A DNA stretch of 64,000 bases from positions 70,889 to 134,888 of the forward strand of contig CBDAVT010000001.1 in NCBI GenBank assembly GCA_965201145.1, read 5' to 3'. Source of the stretch: Dehalococcoidia bacterium (lineage in GTDB: Bacteria; Chloroflexota; Dehalococcoidia; Lucifugimonadales; UBA3495). The position numbers were made by a program, and so were the translations under genes. Below the pieces are notes generated by a model that worked only from the letters and a program-made list of their open reading frames with translations, was not told the DNA's origin and ran no database searches. Shown one piece after another: positions 55,029 to 64,000 of this stretch; the first letter of the stretch is position 1; the number at the start of each line of letters is the position of its first letter.

Positions 55029-55184
55029 CGACTAATTACAAGTACATTTATTCGGAAGTCGGGACGCGCAATAGCAGCTGAAACCGGCTGCCGCATTTCT
55101 GCAATCAAAAAAGCCAGCCCGACAAGGACAATAACTTCAAAAACGGGTAATATCCGGTAGGAACCGATTCGGTAAGGTGGGAAG

Positions 55185-57212
55185 ATGTTCTGTTCAAACT
55201 GCGGCCGGGAAGTGTCCGATTCGGCCAACTTTTGTAGGAGCTGTGGCGCGGCCCAGGCCGGAGGACCGACTCCGGAGGACCGGGCCGCCGGGCAAGCAAC
55301 GCCCGCAGAAGCGGGAGCAGCCTCAACCACTGAACAACCGCCGGACGCCGTAACGTTACTGCAAACCCAGCTAAATCACCTGACGGCGCGGGTTTCCGCC
55401 CTGGAAGCCCGGCCGGCAGCGCCGCCGTCAGCAGCCCCCAATGCACCGGCAGAACCCAGGGCCGCGGTCAACCCGGCAGTTGCCCCGACGCCAACGGCCG
55501 GTTCGCCCACCGCTCTTACCGGGTCGGGATCACCGCCAACCGCTCAGCCGGCGGCCGGCTCTCCGACCGGCGGATTCCCCCCGGACCAGCGAGTTCTGGT
55601 CGCCGGTTCCGGGAACTGGGAATGGCTGGTGGGCGGCAATTGGCTGGCCCGCATCGGGATACTGGCTCTAATCATCGGCATCGGCTTTTTCCTGCGGCTG
55701 GCCTTTGAGAACCAGTGGATTGGAGAAACGGGCCGGGTTATACTCGGACTGGCCGCCGGGCTGCTCCTGCTGGCCGCCGGGGATTTCTGGCGGCGTAAGT
55801 ATGCCCTCTGGGCCCAGGCAACTACCGGCGGCGGAATTGCCATCCTGTATCTTTCCATATTCGCCGCCTTTTCCCTCTATGACTTGCTGCCGGCGCCGCT
55901 AGCCCTGGGATTCTCCTTTCTGGTTACCTTGACCGCCGCCGGGCTGTCGCTCCGCTACGAGTCCCGGACTATTGCCGTGCTGGGCATCCTGGGCGGGTTC
56001 GCAACGCCACTGTTACTGGCGGAAAAGCTGCCCCAGCAATGGGCGCTGCTGGGCTACGTGCTAATTCTGGACCTGGGCGTCCTGGCCCTGGCCGCTTTGC
56101 GCAACTGGCGCTGGTTTACCCTGCTGGCGCTGGGCGGCTCCCTCTTGCTGTTTCTGTTTTGGAAAGCGGAGCTGGAACCGCCGCTGGCTCTGGCACAAGT
56201 CGCCATTACCGTCATATTCCTGATTTTTGTGGGGGCTACAACTCTCTTTCATCTCATTTGGCAGCGGCCGCCCCGTGTTTTCGACCAGGCGCTGATGGTA
56301 CTGAATGCGGCGGCCTACCTGATACTCAGTTACTGGCAGCTGTTTGAGGACTTCCGGGTCTGGATGGGAGGATTTACGGTGCTGCTGGCGGCCTTCTACG
56401 GCTTGCTGAGTTACGGGATTTTGCGGAGACATCGGGAGCAGGTATGCCTGAGTCTGTTCGCCATCGGTATTGCGTTAGTCCTGCTGTCAATAGCAGTTCC
56501 GGTGCAGTTGGATGGCCCGTGGATTGCTCCGGCCTGGGCCATTGAGGGAGTTGTGCTGGTCTGGCTGTCCTTTTTCCTGCGGATGCCCGAATTGCGCTGG
56601 TTTGGCCTGGCCGCCTTTGCGGCCACGCTGGGGGGACTGCTGATTGAAGATGCGGTCAGATACCTGGATATTTATTCCATATTTGACCCCGAGCGACAAT
56701 CCGGTTGGCTCGGACTCAGCGCTGCTCTCCTTTCCGATGCAATCGTGATTGCCGCGGTATATGCCACCGCCTTCCTTTGGTGGCGCAATCGGGAGGAGCG
56801 CGCCTACCAATGGGACGCCATTATGCCGGCCGTGTTTCTGGTCGCGGCGAATGGCATCACCCTGTGGGCCTTGAGCCTGCTGGTAATTGATACCGTCAAC
56901 CTGGCTGCCGACGGCGGCCAGCTTCCCCGGCACCTGGTAGGCAATATTGTCAGCCTGTCTCTCAGCGGGCTTTGGGGCCTTTACGCCGCCTTTCTGATCG
57001 TCCTGGGAATCATGCGACAAGCTAAATGGCTGCGGCTAGGCGGTTTGGCGCTGCTGGGGATTCCCATACTGAAGCTTTTCATTTACGATTCCTTCGAGTT
57101 GGACCAGGGATACCGGGTCGCCGCATTTATCGGCTTGGGGGCGCTCCTGGTAATCGGCGGTTTTCTCTATCAGCGACACAGCCGCGCCATCAGAGGTTTC
57201 CTGCTTGAATAA
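55185..57212 (+). CDS. DUF2339 family membrane protein with N-terminal zinc ribbon
   Basis: CSNCG...CRSCG zinc ribbon, a Pro/Ala-rich linker, then many TM helices. The pairing with the downstream DUF3999-like gene is typical. Confidence 0.75.
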   Translation: MFCSNCGREVSDSANFCRSCGAAQAGGPTPEDRAAGQATPAEAGAASTTEQPPDAVTLLQTQLNHLTARVSALEARPAAPPSAAPNAPAEPRAAVNPAVAPTPTAGSPTALTGSGSPPTAQPAAGSPTGGFPPDQRVLVAGSGNWEWLVGGNWLARIGILALIIGIGFFLRLAFENQWIGETGRVILGLAAGLLLLAAGDFWRRKYALWAQATTGGGIAILYLSIFAAFSLYDLLPAPLALGFSFLVTLTAAGLSLRYESRTIAVLGILGGFATPLLLAEKLPQQWALLGYVLILDLGVLALAALRNWRWFTLLALGGSLLLFLFWKAELEPPLALAQVAITVIFLIFVGATTLFHLIWQRPPRVFDQALMVLNAAAYLILSYWQLFEDFRVWMGGFTVLLAAFYGLLSYGILRRHREQVCLSLFAIGIALVLLSIAVPVQLDGPWIAPAWAIEGVVLVWLSFFLRMPELRWFGLAAFAATLGGLLIEDAVRYLDIYSIFDPERQSGWLGLSAALLSDAIVIAAVYATAFLWWRNREERAYQWDAIMPAVFLVAANGITLWALSLLVIDTVNLAADGGQLPRHLVGNIVSLSLSGLWGLYAAFLIVLGIMRQAKWLRLGGLALLGIPILKLFIYDSFELDQGYRVAAFIGLGALLVIGGFLYQRHSRAIRGFLLE

Positions 57213-58578
57213 CCGGGAAGATACCGCAAATTTCTACCGCCGCTTCGTTTCTCGGCATAACCGTTGGATTGTCCCGACGCTGCTGATTCTGGCATTGACC
57301 GCCGGCGCCGGGGCCTCGGCCAGCGCCGATTTCGCCCTAGCCCACTGGCAGTTCGTCAAGCCGGTGGTCTTACCCCCGTCCCTGTCCGGGGAAGGACTGG
57401 TGGAATTGCTGCTGGACCGGGAAGTGTTCCGGGAGTCCAACCCCGGTGCGACCGACCTGCGTCTGGTTAGCGATCAGGGCCAGGAAACACCCTACGCCCT
57501 GGTGGTGCAGGAAAAGAAGCTGAGCCGCAATCCCGTATCGGTCCGGCTCCGGGACCTCGGTTTCGTGCCGGGAGAATACAGCAGCTTCGTGGCCGACCTG
57601 GACCAATCTGCTTCCCGGCACAGTGAAGTAGAGCTAGACATTGAGGATCAGAATTTTCGGCGTCCGGTCCAGGTAGAGACCAGCTTTGACGCCGCTACCT
57701 GGGCCGTTGTCCACGATGCGGCCGAAATTTACGACTTCACCCCGGATGACCAGCAGTTCAAAGCCCGCAACACCCGAGTCAAGTACCCGGAAAGCGCAGC
57801 CCCTTACCTGCGAGTCAAGGTTTATAACCGGGACGAGCCGCCGCTGCAAATTGAGGGCGCAGCCGTATTCTTGACCGAAGACTTTCCTGCCCGGGAAACC
57901 GCCTACCGGCCGGAAACCGTGGCAACCCGTCAGGATGCGGAAACCGGAGACACCATACATCAACTGGACCTGGGCGCTAAAGGTACTCCGGTTAACCGCC
58001 TGTCCTTTCAGACTGACTCGGAAAACTTCCAGCGAGAGGCCGGAGTAGCGGGGAGCGCCGACGGCAAGGATTGGGTGGAGCTGGGCCGCGGCAGTATCTA
58101 CGCCTTTGATACTCCCAAGTTCGTCGGCAATAGTCTCGAATTAGAGTTCGCCGAAAGCCGCTTTCGCTACTATCGGATACAGGTAGCCGATGGGGACGAT
58201 GCGCCGCTACCCCTGACGGATTTCACCCTGCACGGCGTTGACCGGAAGCTGCTGTTCCAGCCCCAGCCGGGGAAAGCGTATTCTCTATATTATGGCAACC
58301 CGGTGGCGGTCGCTCCCAGCTACGACCTGGCTCAAATTGTGCCGTACCTGGAAATTGCGGACCTGCCGGTAGCCGCCCTGGGCCGGCAGGAAGCGAATGA
58401 GGCTTTTTCGGGCTTGGACCTGCCCCTTACCGAGCGGCTGCCCTGGCTGATGCCCGCCGGAGTAGCGCTGGCCGCGCTGATGGTGGCGGCCCTGCTTTAC
58501 GGCGTGGTACGGCAGGCGCGGAGAGTACTGGCGCCGCCCGGTGAAGAGCCTCCACCGCAACCCGACTCTAGCGTTTGA
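57205..58578 (+). CDS. DUF3999-like secreted/anchored protein
   Basis: The TTG start overlaps the upstream stop. The product has an N-terminal signal and a C-terminal TM. The family assignment comes from memory of the DUF2339/DUF3999 gene pair. Confidence 0.6.
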   Translation: MNNREDTANFYRRFVSRHNRWIVPTLLILALTAGAGASASADFALAHWQFVKPVVLPPSLSGEGLVELLLDREVFRESNPGATDLRLVSDQGQETPYALVVQEKKLSRNPVSVRLRDLGFVPGEYSSFVADLDQSASRHSEVELDIEDQNFRRPVQVETSFDAATWAVVHDAAEIYDFTPDDQQFKARNTRVKYPESAAPYLRVKVYNRDEPPLQIEGAAVFLTEDFPARETAYRPETVATRQDAETGDTIHQLDLGAKGTPVNRLSFQTDSENFQREAGVAGSADGKDWVELGRGSIYAFDTPKFVGNSLELEFAESRFRYYRIQVADGDDAPLPLTDFTLHGVDRKLLFQPQPGKAYSLYYGNPVAVAPSYDLAQIVPYLEIADLPVAALGRQEANEAFSGLDLPLTERLPWLMPAGVALAALMVAALLYGVVRQARRVLAPPGEEPPPQPDSSV

Positions 58579-59104
58579 GTCTTTGCCACGCCAGAGCCAA
58601 TCCTATTGCCAGGAAAAGGACGTCCCAGACCCCAAAAAAGAAGGGGCTGAACAGCCGGCTAACCAGAAAGGTCAAGATAAGGGCGAAACAACCGATTAGC
58701 GCCAGTATAATGCTTCGCTTCCGATTGGCCGCCCGACTGATTAGATCCCCGGAGACGTAACCGAAGGGAATCGCCAACATCCCCGAGACCGACCCATAAG
58801 CGCCGAATACCAGCAGCGCCTGGTCCAGCAACAGCCAGAGCGGCGCCCCGAATATCAGCAGAATCATCGCGACGCCGATGGCGCGAGTGTAATTGGTGGG
58901 CCTGACATCATAGGTCGGCATCGGCTGTACCCGGCCGCACTCACGACAACGTATGCCCACCGGAGCCTGCACCAGGCACTGGGCACAAATTTGCTTACCG
59001 CACCGGCTGCAGGACAGGCCCGTTTCTACCTCCGGATGCCAATAGCAAGTTAGAGCAGCCGAAACGCTGTGCCCTTCCTCTCCTGATTGTCCTGGCGTCG
59101 CCAA
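58568..59104 (-). CDS. B-box-type zinc-ribbon membrane protein
   Basis: CYWHPE...CSRCGKQICAQC...CRECG is followed by 4 TM helices. The TTG start lies 4 nt after the plsY stop. Confidence 0.6.
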   Translation of the reverse strand: MATPGQSGEEGHSVSAALTCYWHPEVETGLSCSRCGKQICAQCLVQAPVGIRCRECGRVQPMPTYDVRPTNYTRAIGVAMILLIFGAPLWLLLDQALLVFGAYGSVSGMLAIPFGYVSGDLISRAANRKRSIILALIGCFALILTFLVSRLFSPFFFGVWDVLFLAIGLALAWQRLKR

Positions 59105-59107
59105 CTT

Positions 59108-59887
59108 TTATCCCCTTTCCGGGCCGGGCCGGTCGGGAACCCGGCCTACCCATTCGGCCCGGTCATCTACGTCCCGGTCGCGAAAAATCCGATTGAACAA
59201 TACTCTCCGCATTGGCAGGTTCCCGGGAAATCTGATTGAATTCGAGAGAATCCGCTTGAGCAGCACCACGGCAACTATCATCCCGCAGTACCAGCTTATC
59301 ACACCGGCGTAGCCGGCGGGGATTTCGGGAAACCCGCTTCCGCCCAGCAGCGCCAGGATCCCGGCCCAATCAACCAGCAAGTAACCGCCGGGAGCGAGGG
59401 CCAGCGCCGGCGTGATTCCTACCGCCGCCAGGGCCCACACCGCCGAACTTCGGGTGATTAGCCAACCGGCCAGATAGAGCGATATGGCGAAGGCGAACAG
59501 CAACGGAACCAGCGCTAACAAGGTCCCGCAAATCACCATCAGGCCGCGCCCGCCCTGAAAGCGGAGGAAGATGGACCAGTTATTGCCCACCAGCGCCAAC
59601 AAAGGCGCCGCCACCAGGAGCAATGATTCCCGGTACAGGCCCGGCGCCGAGTCTGACAGGACATAGACTAACAGCACCGGAGACAGTCCCTTCAGCACAA
59701 ACTCGATAGCCGCCAGCGGGACAAACCACCCTTTGCCCAGATTCCGGATTACGTTGGAACCGCCCACATTCCCGCTGCCGTATTTCCTTAAGTCAATACC
59801 CTTTACCAGTCTGGCGATGATCAGGGCGGTCGGGAAAGCCCCGACCAGGTAACAGTAAAGGTACAGCCCAACGACTTCCGGGTGCAT
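59108..59887 (-). CDS. plsY: glycerol-3-phosphate acyltransferase PlsY-like
   Basis: YLVGAFPTALIIAR and the GSGNVGGSNV motif in a polytopic membrane protein. It is longer than typical PlsY. Confidence 0.75.
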   Translation of the reverse strand: MHPEVVGLYLYCYLVGAFPTALIIARLVKGIDLRKYGSGNVGGSNVIRNLGKGWFVPLAAIEFVLKGLSPVLLVYVLSDSAPGLYRESLLLVAAPLLALVGNNWSIFLRFQGGRGLMVICGTLLALVPLLFAFAISLYLAGWLITRSSAVWALAAVGITPALALAPGGYLLVDWAGILALLGGSGFPEIPAGYAGVISWYCGMIVAVVLLKRILSNSIRFPGNLPMRRVLFNRIFRDRDVDDRAEWVGRVPDRPGPERG

Positions 59888-59904
59888 CGTTCGAGAGCGG
59901 GTCG

Positions 59905-60750
59905 CTACCGGTTCTTTGCCAAATTCCTGGAAATCTCCGCCAGCCGTTCCACCGATTCCATGGGTGGCCCCAGCAGTCCCGGCTCCATTTCTCCGGTATT
60001 GCCCAGACCGTGGTAGTCGCTGCCGCCGCAGGGGATTAAGCCATGGCGGTTGGCAACTTCCGCAAGGTTAGCGATGGTTTCAGGATAGTATTGGGCATAA
60101 TGCACTTCCATCCCGACCAGTCCCGCCTCCTTCAGCTCCGCCAACTTGGTATCCAGGTCTTCCAGATTGGCGGGATGGGCCAGGACCGCAGCCGCACCCA
60201 CTTTAGCCAGCATTTCCACGCCTTCCGCCGGGGTCATCTTCTCCCGATCAGCGTAAGCCAACCCGTTTCGGCCCAGATATTCGTAAAAGGCTTCTTTCGG
60301 CTCTTTGAAATAACCGGCTTCCACCATGGCCAGCGCAATATGGGGACGCCCGACGGAACCGTCCCCGGCGATTTCCTGAACGCGATCCCAATCCACCGGC
60401 TTGCCCAGGGCGGCCAACTTTTCCACCATCATTCGGCCTCGCTCAAGACGCCCCTCCCGGAAGCGGCGCAGGATGCCCTGAAACTCCTCATCCTCATACT
60501 GCAGGAAGTAGCCCAACATATGGATTTCATCTCCGGGGATGTCGGTGCTCAACTCGATGGCCGGGATAATCTGGAGGCCGGGGTAGGCCAGGGCGGCCTT
60601 GGTCGCCTCTTTAACTCCATCGGTGGTATCGTGGTCCGAAATGGCTGCCACCTTGACCCCTTTGCTGGCGATGAGGTCAACCAACTGAGTAGGTGAAAGC
60701 CGGCCGTCAGAGGCCAGGGTATGCAAATGCAAATCAACTAATCCGTCCAT
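59905..60750 (-). CDS. PHP-domain metal-dependent phosphoesterase (TrpH/YciV-like)
   Basis: VDLHLHTLASDG, with ISDHD and GGSDYHG motifs. Confidence 0.88.
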   Translation of the reverse strand: MDGLVDLHLHTLASDGRLSPTQLVDLIASKGVKVAAISDHDTTDGVKEATKAALAYPGLQIIPAIELSTDIPGDEIHMLGYFLQYEDEEFQGILRRFREGRLERGRMMVEKLAALGKPVDWDRVQEIAGDGSVGRPHIALAMVEAGYFKEPKEAFYEYLGRNGLAYADREKMTPAEGVEMLAKVGAAAVLAHPANLEDLDTKLAELKEAGLVGMEVHYAQYYPETIANLAEVANRHGLIPCGGSDYHGLGNTGEMEPGLLGPPMESVERLAEISRNLAKNR

Positions 60751-60752
60751 AA

Positions 60753-61523
60753 TCAGTCCACCAAACGATCTATTCTCTGAATTGATAGCGCCTTGCCGGT
60801 GTCAACGTCCACCTCTACCAGGACGGAGTTGAGCATCACCGGCCCCCGGGCTACCGAGAGACGCTGGGGCAGCCCGGTCAAGAACCTTTCCAGCACGGCG
60901 TTGGTATCGCTGCCGATTACCGAGTTCACCGGCCCGGTCATGCCAACGTCGGTCAAGTAGGCCGTGCCTTTGGGCAGAATCCGGGCATCTACCGTGCCAA
61001 CGTGGGTGTGGGTTCCCAGGACGGCGCCAACCTTGCCGTCCAGATACCAACCCAACCCCTGCTTTTCCGAAGTCGCCTCAGCGTGGAAGTCCACGAGTAT
61101 GACCCGGGGAGCATACTCGGCGATTGCCTCCGCCAGGAGGACGCTGGCGGTGCGAAAGGGGCAGTCCAGCGTAGGCATAAACACTCGACCCATCAAGTTA
61201 AGCACCATTACGCCGTCCTGAACCAGATACCCGCGCCCCGGCGCATCCGGGTAATTGGCCGGCCGGATTAGCGGCAGTCCCTCATCCATGTGGGGGATAA
61301 TATCCTTCTGATCCCAGATGTGATTGCCTGAGGTCAGAATGTCCACCCCGCTCTCCAGCAGTTCTTCTGCGGTTTCCAGCGTGATACCAAAACCGCCGGC
61401 CACATTCTCGCCATTGGCCACTACCAGATCGACACCCAGTTCCTCCCGCAGGTCGGGCAGTACCCGGCGTATCGCCTGCCGGCCGGGCTGACCGATAATG
61501 TCTCCGATCATCAAGATTCGCAA
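60753..61523 (-). CDS. ymdB: YmdB-type (TIGR00282) metallophosphoesterase
   Basis: MRILMIGDIIGQPG and VVANGENVAGGFG. It uses a TTG start and sits next to rny, the conserved pairing. Confidence 0.9.
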   Translation of the reverse strand: MRILMIGDIIGQPGRQAIRRVLPDLREELGVDLVVANGENVAGGFGITLETAEELLESGVDILTSGNHIWDQKDIIPHMDEGLPLIRPANYPDAPGRGYLVQDGVMVLNLMGRVFMPTLDCPFRTASVLLAEAIAEYAPRVILVDFHAEATSEKQGLGWYLDGKVGAVLGTHTHVGTVDARILPKGTAYLTDVGMTGPVNSVIGSDTNAVLERFLTGLPQRLSVARGPVMLNSVLVEVDVDTGKALSIQRIDRLVD

Positions 61524-61542
61524 GCTAACTTCCTTCCGGCCA

Positions 61543-61725
61543 CAGGGCTATCGCATATGGATTTTAAGAGGCCAATTGACGGGTAAATCTCCGTTTTTAA
61601 CTGCTAAATTTGGGTAATTTAAGACTTAAACCGTTGGTTTTGATGTTGATTACCCAGTAAAGCGCCGCCAAAACATCGGAAAGTTCCGTTTTGATCCTGA
61701 AAATTTTTCATATGCGATAGCCCTG
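61543..61725 (+). mobile_element. 183-bp MITE, copy 3
   Basis: Perfect TIRs, flanked by the 10-bp direct repeat CTTCCGGCCA (61533-61542 and 61726-61735). It lies 19 nt upstream of the ymdB start. Confidence 0.93.
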
Positions 61726-61935
61726 CTTCCGGCCAACACCGTCGGGGCATTGGCGTCTGAGTAACCGCGCGGGAGGCTTTCATTCCCGTCCCACTGCGCC
61801 CTTGGGCTGCCGCCAAAGCAAGGAAAGCAACAGGCCCAAGCGCCCAATTACCGGCGCTCAGGCCCGACATCTGCGAAAATTCCGGCAAATCGAATATTGG
61901 CAAGTCGCGAAATGCCGATTCCAGCGGCAGCGCCA

Positions 61936-63468
61936 CTAACGGGCGATTTCCACATTCCGGGTTTCCCGTATCACCGTAACCTTAATCTGTCCCGGGAAAA
62001 CCAGGTCTTCTTCCACTTTGCGGGCAATGTCCCGCGCCAGCGAGGCCGAAGCAATATCGTCAATATCCGTGGGGTTTACCATGACTCTTACTTCGCGCCC
62101 GGCCTGAATTGCGAAAGCCCGGTCCACACCCCCAAATCCGATGGCAGTATCTTCCAGTTCCCTCAGGCGCTTAACGTACTGGCCCAGGGACTCCTTACGC
62201 GCCCCGGGACGGGCGGCGCTGATCGCATCGGCGCTGGCGACAATGAATGACTCGATAGTCGAGTGTTCATCGTCGTGATGTTCCAGGATCGACAAGTAGG
62301 AGTTATGGTTAATTCCGTACTTTTTCGCCAGCTCGGCGCCAATTTCGGCGTGAGGCCCGGCGACTTCGTGGGTCAGGGCTTTCCCCAAGTCGTGGAGCAG
62401 CCCACCTATCTTGGCTACCTGAACGTTGGCGCCGATTTCGGCGGCCAGCATTCCGGACAGCAGGCAAACCTCGATCGAGTGCTTCAGGACATTTTCGCCG
62501 TAGCTGTAACGGTACTTCAACTGACCCAGCAGCCGGATCAGCTCCGGGTCGATACCGCTTAACCCGACATCGAAGGTAGATTGTTCACCGGCTTTCCAAA
62601 TGGTTTGCTCGATGTCCACCTGGGCCCGGTTTACCGTATCTTCAATACGGGCCGGCTGGATGCGGCCGTCGCTGACCAGCCTTTCCAGAGCTAATCGGGC
62701 CACTTCGCGCCTTACCGGGTCAAAGCAGGACAAAGTTACAATCTCCGGAGTATCGTCGATGACGATTTCCACTCCGGTCATGGCTTCCAGGGCTCTTATA
62801 TTCCGCCCTTCGCGGCCGATGAGACGTCCTTTCATCTCATCATTTGGCAGGGATACGATGGAAGTGGTAGTTTCCGACACTACGTCGGTTGCCAGACGGT
62901 TAATCGCCAGAGTGATTATGCGGCGGGCGTTCTCCTCGGCAGTCAGCTTGTATTCGCGCTCCAGGTCATAGGTACGGCGAGCGAGTTCATGCCTGGCTTT
63001 TTCCTCGCCTTCTTTTACTACCAGCTCTCTGGCATCTTCCACCGATAACCCGGCGGTTTCTTCCAGAGCCTTAACCTGCTGCTTCTTTAGCTCCTTCGCT
63101 TCCTCATAAGCTAGATCTACCTGGGATTCCTTTTCAGTAAGAGATGTCCGCTGCTTTTCCAGGGCTTCACTCTTACGTTCTAACTGCTCTTCCCGCTGTA
63201 GATAACGTCGCTCCAGGCGAGTAAGTTCCTGCCGTTGTTCCTTGATTTCCTGCTCGCCGGAAGTGCGCAACTTCAGCACTTCTTCCTGGGTTTCCAGAAG
63301 AATTCTCCGCCTTTCATCCTCCGCCTGCGCTACAACCGTACTGGCTTCTTCTTTAGCGCTTTCTACCCGCTTACCATCGACTCGGGAACGATAGACCAGC
63401 CACGAAGCGGCCCCGGTCCCGATTGTCCCTGCAACCGCCAGGACGGCAAGGAAAATTGTCAATTCCAT
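61936..63468 (-). CDS. rny: ribonuclease Y
   Basis: N-terminal TM, coiled coil, KH domain (GREGRNIRALE) and HD domain (LLHDLGKA). I chose the start at ATG 63468, after AAGGGAG. Confidence 0.93.
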   Translation of the reverse strand: MELTIFLAVLAVAGTIGTGAASWLVYRSRVDGKRVESAKEEASTVVAQAEDERRRILLETQEEVLKLRTSGEQEIKEQRQELTRLERRYLQREEQLERKSEALEKQRTSLTEKESQVDLAYEEAKELKKQQVKALEETAGLSVEDARELVVKEGEEKARHELARRTYDLEREYKLTAEENARRIITLAINRLATDVVSETTTSIVSLPNDEMKGRLIGREGRNIRALEAMTGVEIVIDDTPEIVTLSCFDPVRREVARLALERLVSDGRIQPARIEDTVNRAQVDIEQTIWKAGEQSTFDVGLSGIDPELIRLLGQLKYRYSYGENVLKHSIEVCLLSGMLAAEIGANVQVAKIGGLLHDLGKALTHEVAGPHAEIGAELAKKYGINHNSYLSILEHHDDEHSTIESFIVASADAISAARPGARKESLGQYVKRLRELEDTAIGFGGVDRAFAIQAGREVRVMVNPTDIDDIASASLARDIARKVEEDLVFPGQIKVTVIRETRNVEIAR

Positions 63469-63786
63469 TGAATCTCCCTTCCCTATTCCGTCTCGGCTCT
63501 GCAACAAGAGTTAAATCCTCGCTTGATTATCCTAACTAATAGATGTTAATAGTGTCAAGGAAGGGCATATCCGGGTATTCTTAATCTGAGGTGGAAATAG
63601 CTATATAAGGGGTGCGGTGAAATGGAATGAGGGGCTGCCTTCGGTGTGGCGAGGACGGCGGCGGCTGATGCGTCGGACCAGGGGATACATCAGGAAGGGG
63701 GAAATGCCGGCGTACCCCCTGGCCCTGCTATGCTGCCAGGGATGGCCCAAAACTTAATATCAACCAACATTAACAATACCCTGCGG

Positions 63787-63969
63787 CAGGGCTATCGCAT
63801 ATGGATTTTAAGAGGCCAATTGACGGGTAAATCTCAGTTTTTAACTGCTAAATTTGGGTAATTTAAGACTTAAACCGTTGGTTTTGATGTTGATTACCCA
63901 GTAAAGCGCCGCCAAAACATCGGAAAGTTCCGTTTTGATCCTGAAAATTTTTCATATGCGATAGCCCTG
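63787..63969 (+). mobile_element. 183-bp MITE, copy 4
   Basis: Perfect TIRs, flanked by the 10-bp direct repeat TACCCTGCGG (63777-63786 and 63970-63979). Confidence 0.93.
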
Positions 63970-63979
63970 TACCCTGCGG

Positions 63980-64000
63980 CAGGGCTATCGCATATGGAAT
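63980..64000 (+). mobile_element. 183-bp MITE, copy 5 (truncated by window end)
   Basis: CAGGGCTATCGCATATGGAAT begins immediately after the right-hand TACCCTGCGG of copy 4. Confidence 0.8.

Noticed and set aside
61619-61936. ORFs that end in ...MKNFQD(E/Q)NGTFRCFGGALLGNQHQNQRFKS (61619..61936- and the tail of 12807..14060+), which might suggest a MITE-encoded peptide.
   Set aside because: The shared segment is just the MITE interior read in one frame, fused to unrelated flanking sequence in each case. No RBS is present and the length is not conserved.

Overview
High-GC (about 60% by eye) bacterial chromosomal segment, densely coding. The core blocks look intact. They include two acyl-CoA dehydrogenases, YHS, DUF3500, an LLM oxidoreductase, a PIG-L deacetylase and a Tat-exported Mo-oxidoreductase. 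There is an amidase and a ChlI-like AAA+ ATPase, aroB/aroK, and P450 with ferredoxin. An ABC-2 exporter is present, plus a siroheme/alternative-haem cluster (ahbAB, sirC, hemA, hemC, cobA-hemD, hemB, hemL). Further on lie Ni-SOD, an AI-2E transporter, a His-rich MFS, DUF2339/DUF3999, and plsY-PHP-ymdB-rny. The gene content fits a Chloroflexota-like lineage, but that is inference only. The accessory regions are more unusual. (1) A 183-bp MITE I cannot classify has perfect 17-bp TIRs and 10-bp target duplications, with five near-identical copies, all in 5' regions of minus-strand genes. (2) A family of giant secreted proteins (LRR, FN3, an unrecognised W-x-D-G repeat) all end in the same bipartite Ig/cadherin-like C-terminal module. 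(3) A defence island at 19.2-29.8 kb holds a DUF6516-like pair, a type IIG-like R-M enzyme, and type I R-M with an embedded Panacea antitoxin/RelE-like toxin pair. (4) A low-GC orphan two-gene cassette sits inside the aro gene string. (5) There are REP-like palindromic repeats and a possible 2-repeat type I-E-style CRISPR remnant. Ten frameshift or nonsense lesions occur, and all of them are in accessory genes. Whether they are genuine decay or consensus errors cannot be decided from the sequence alone.
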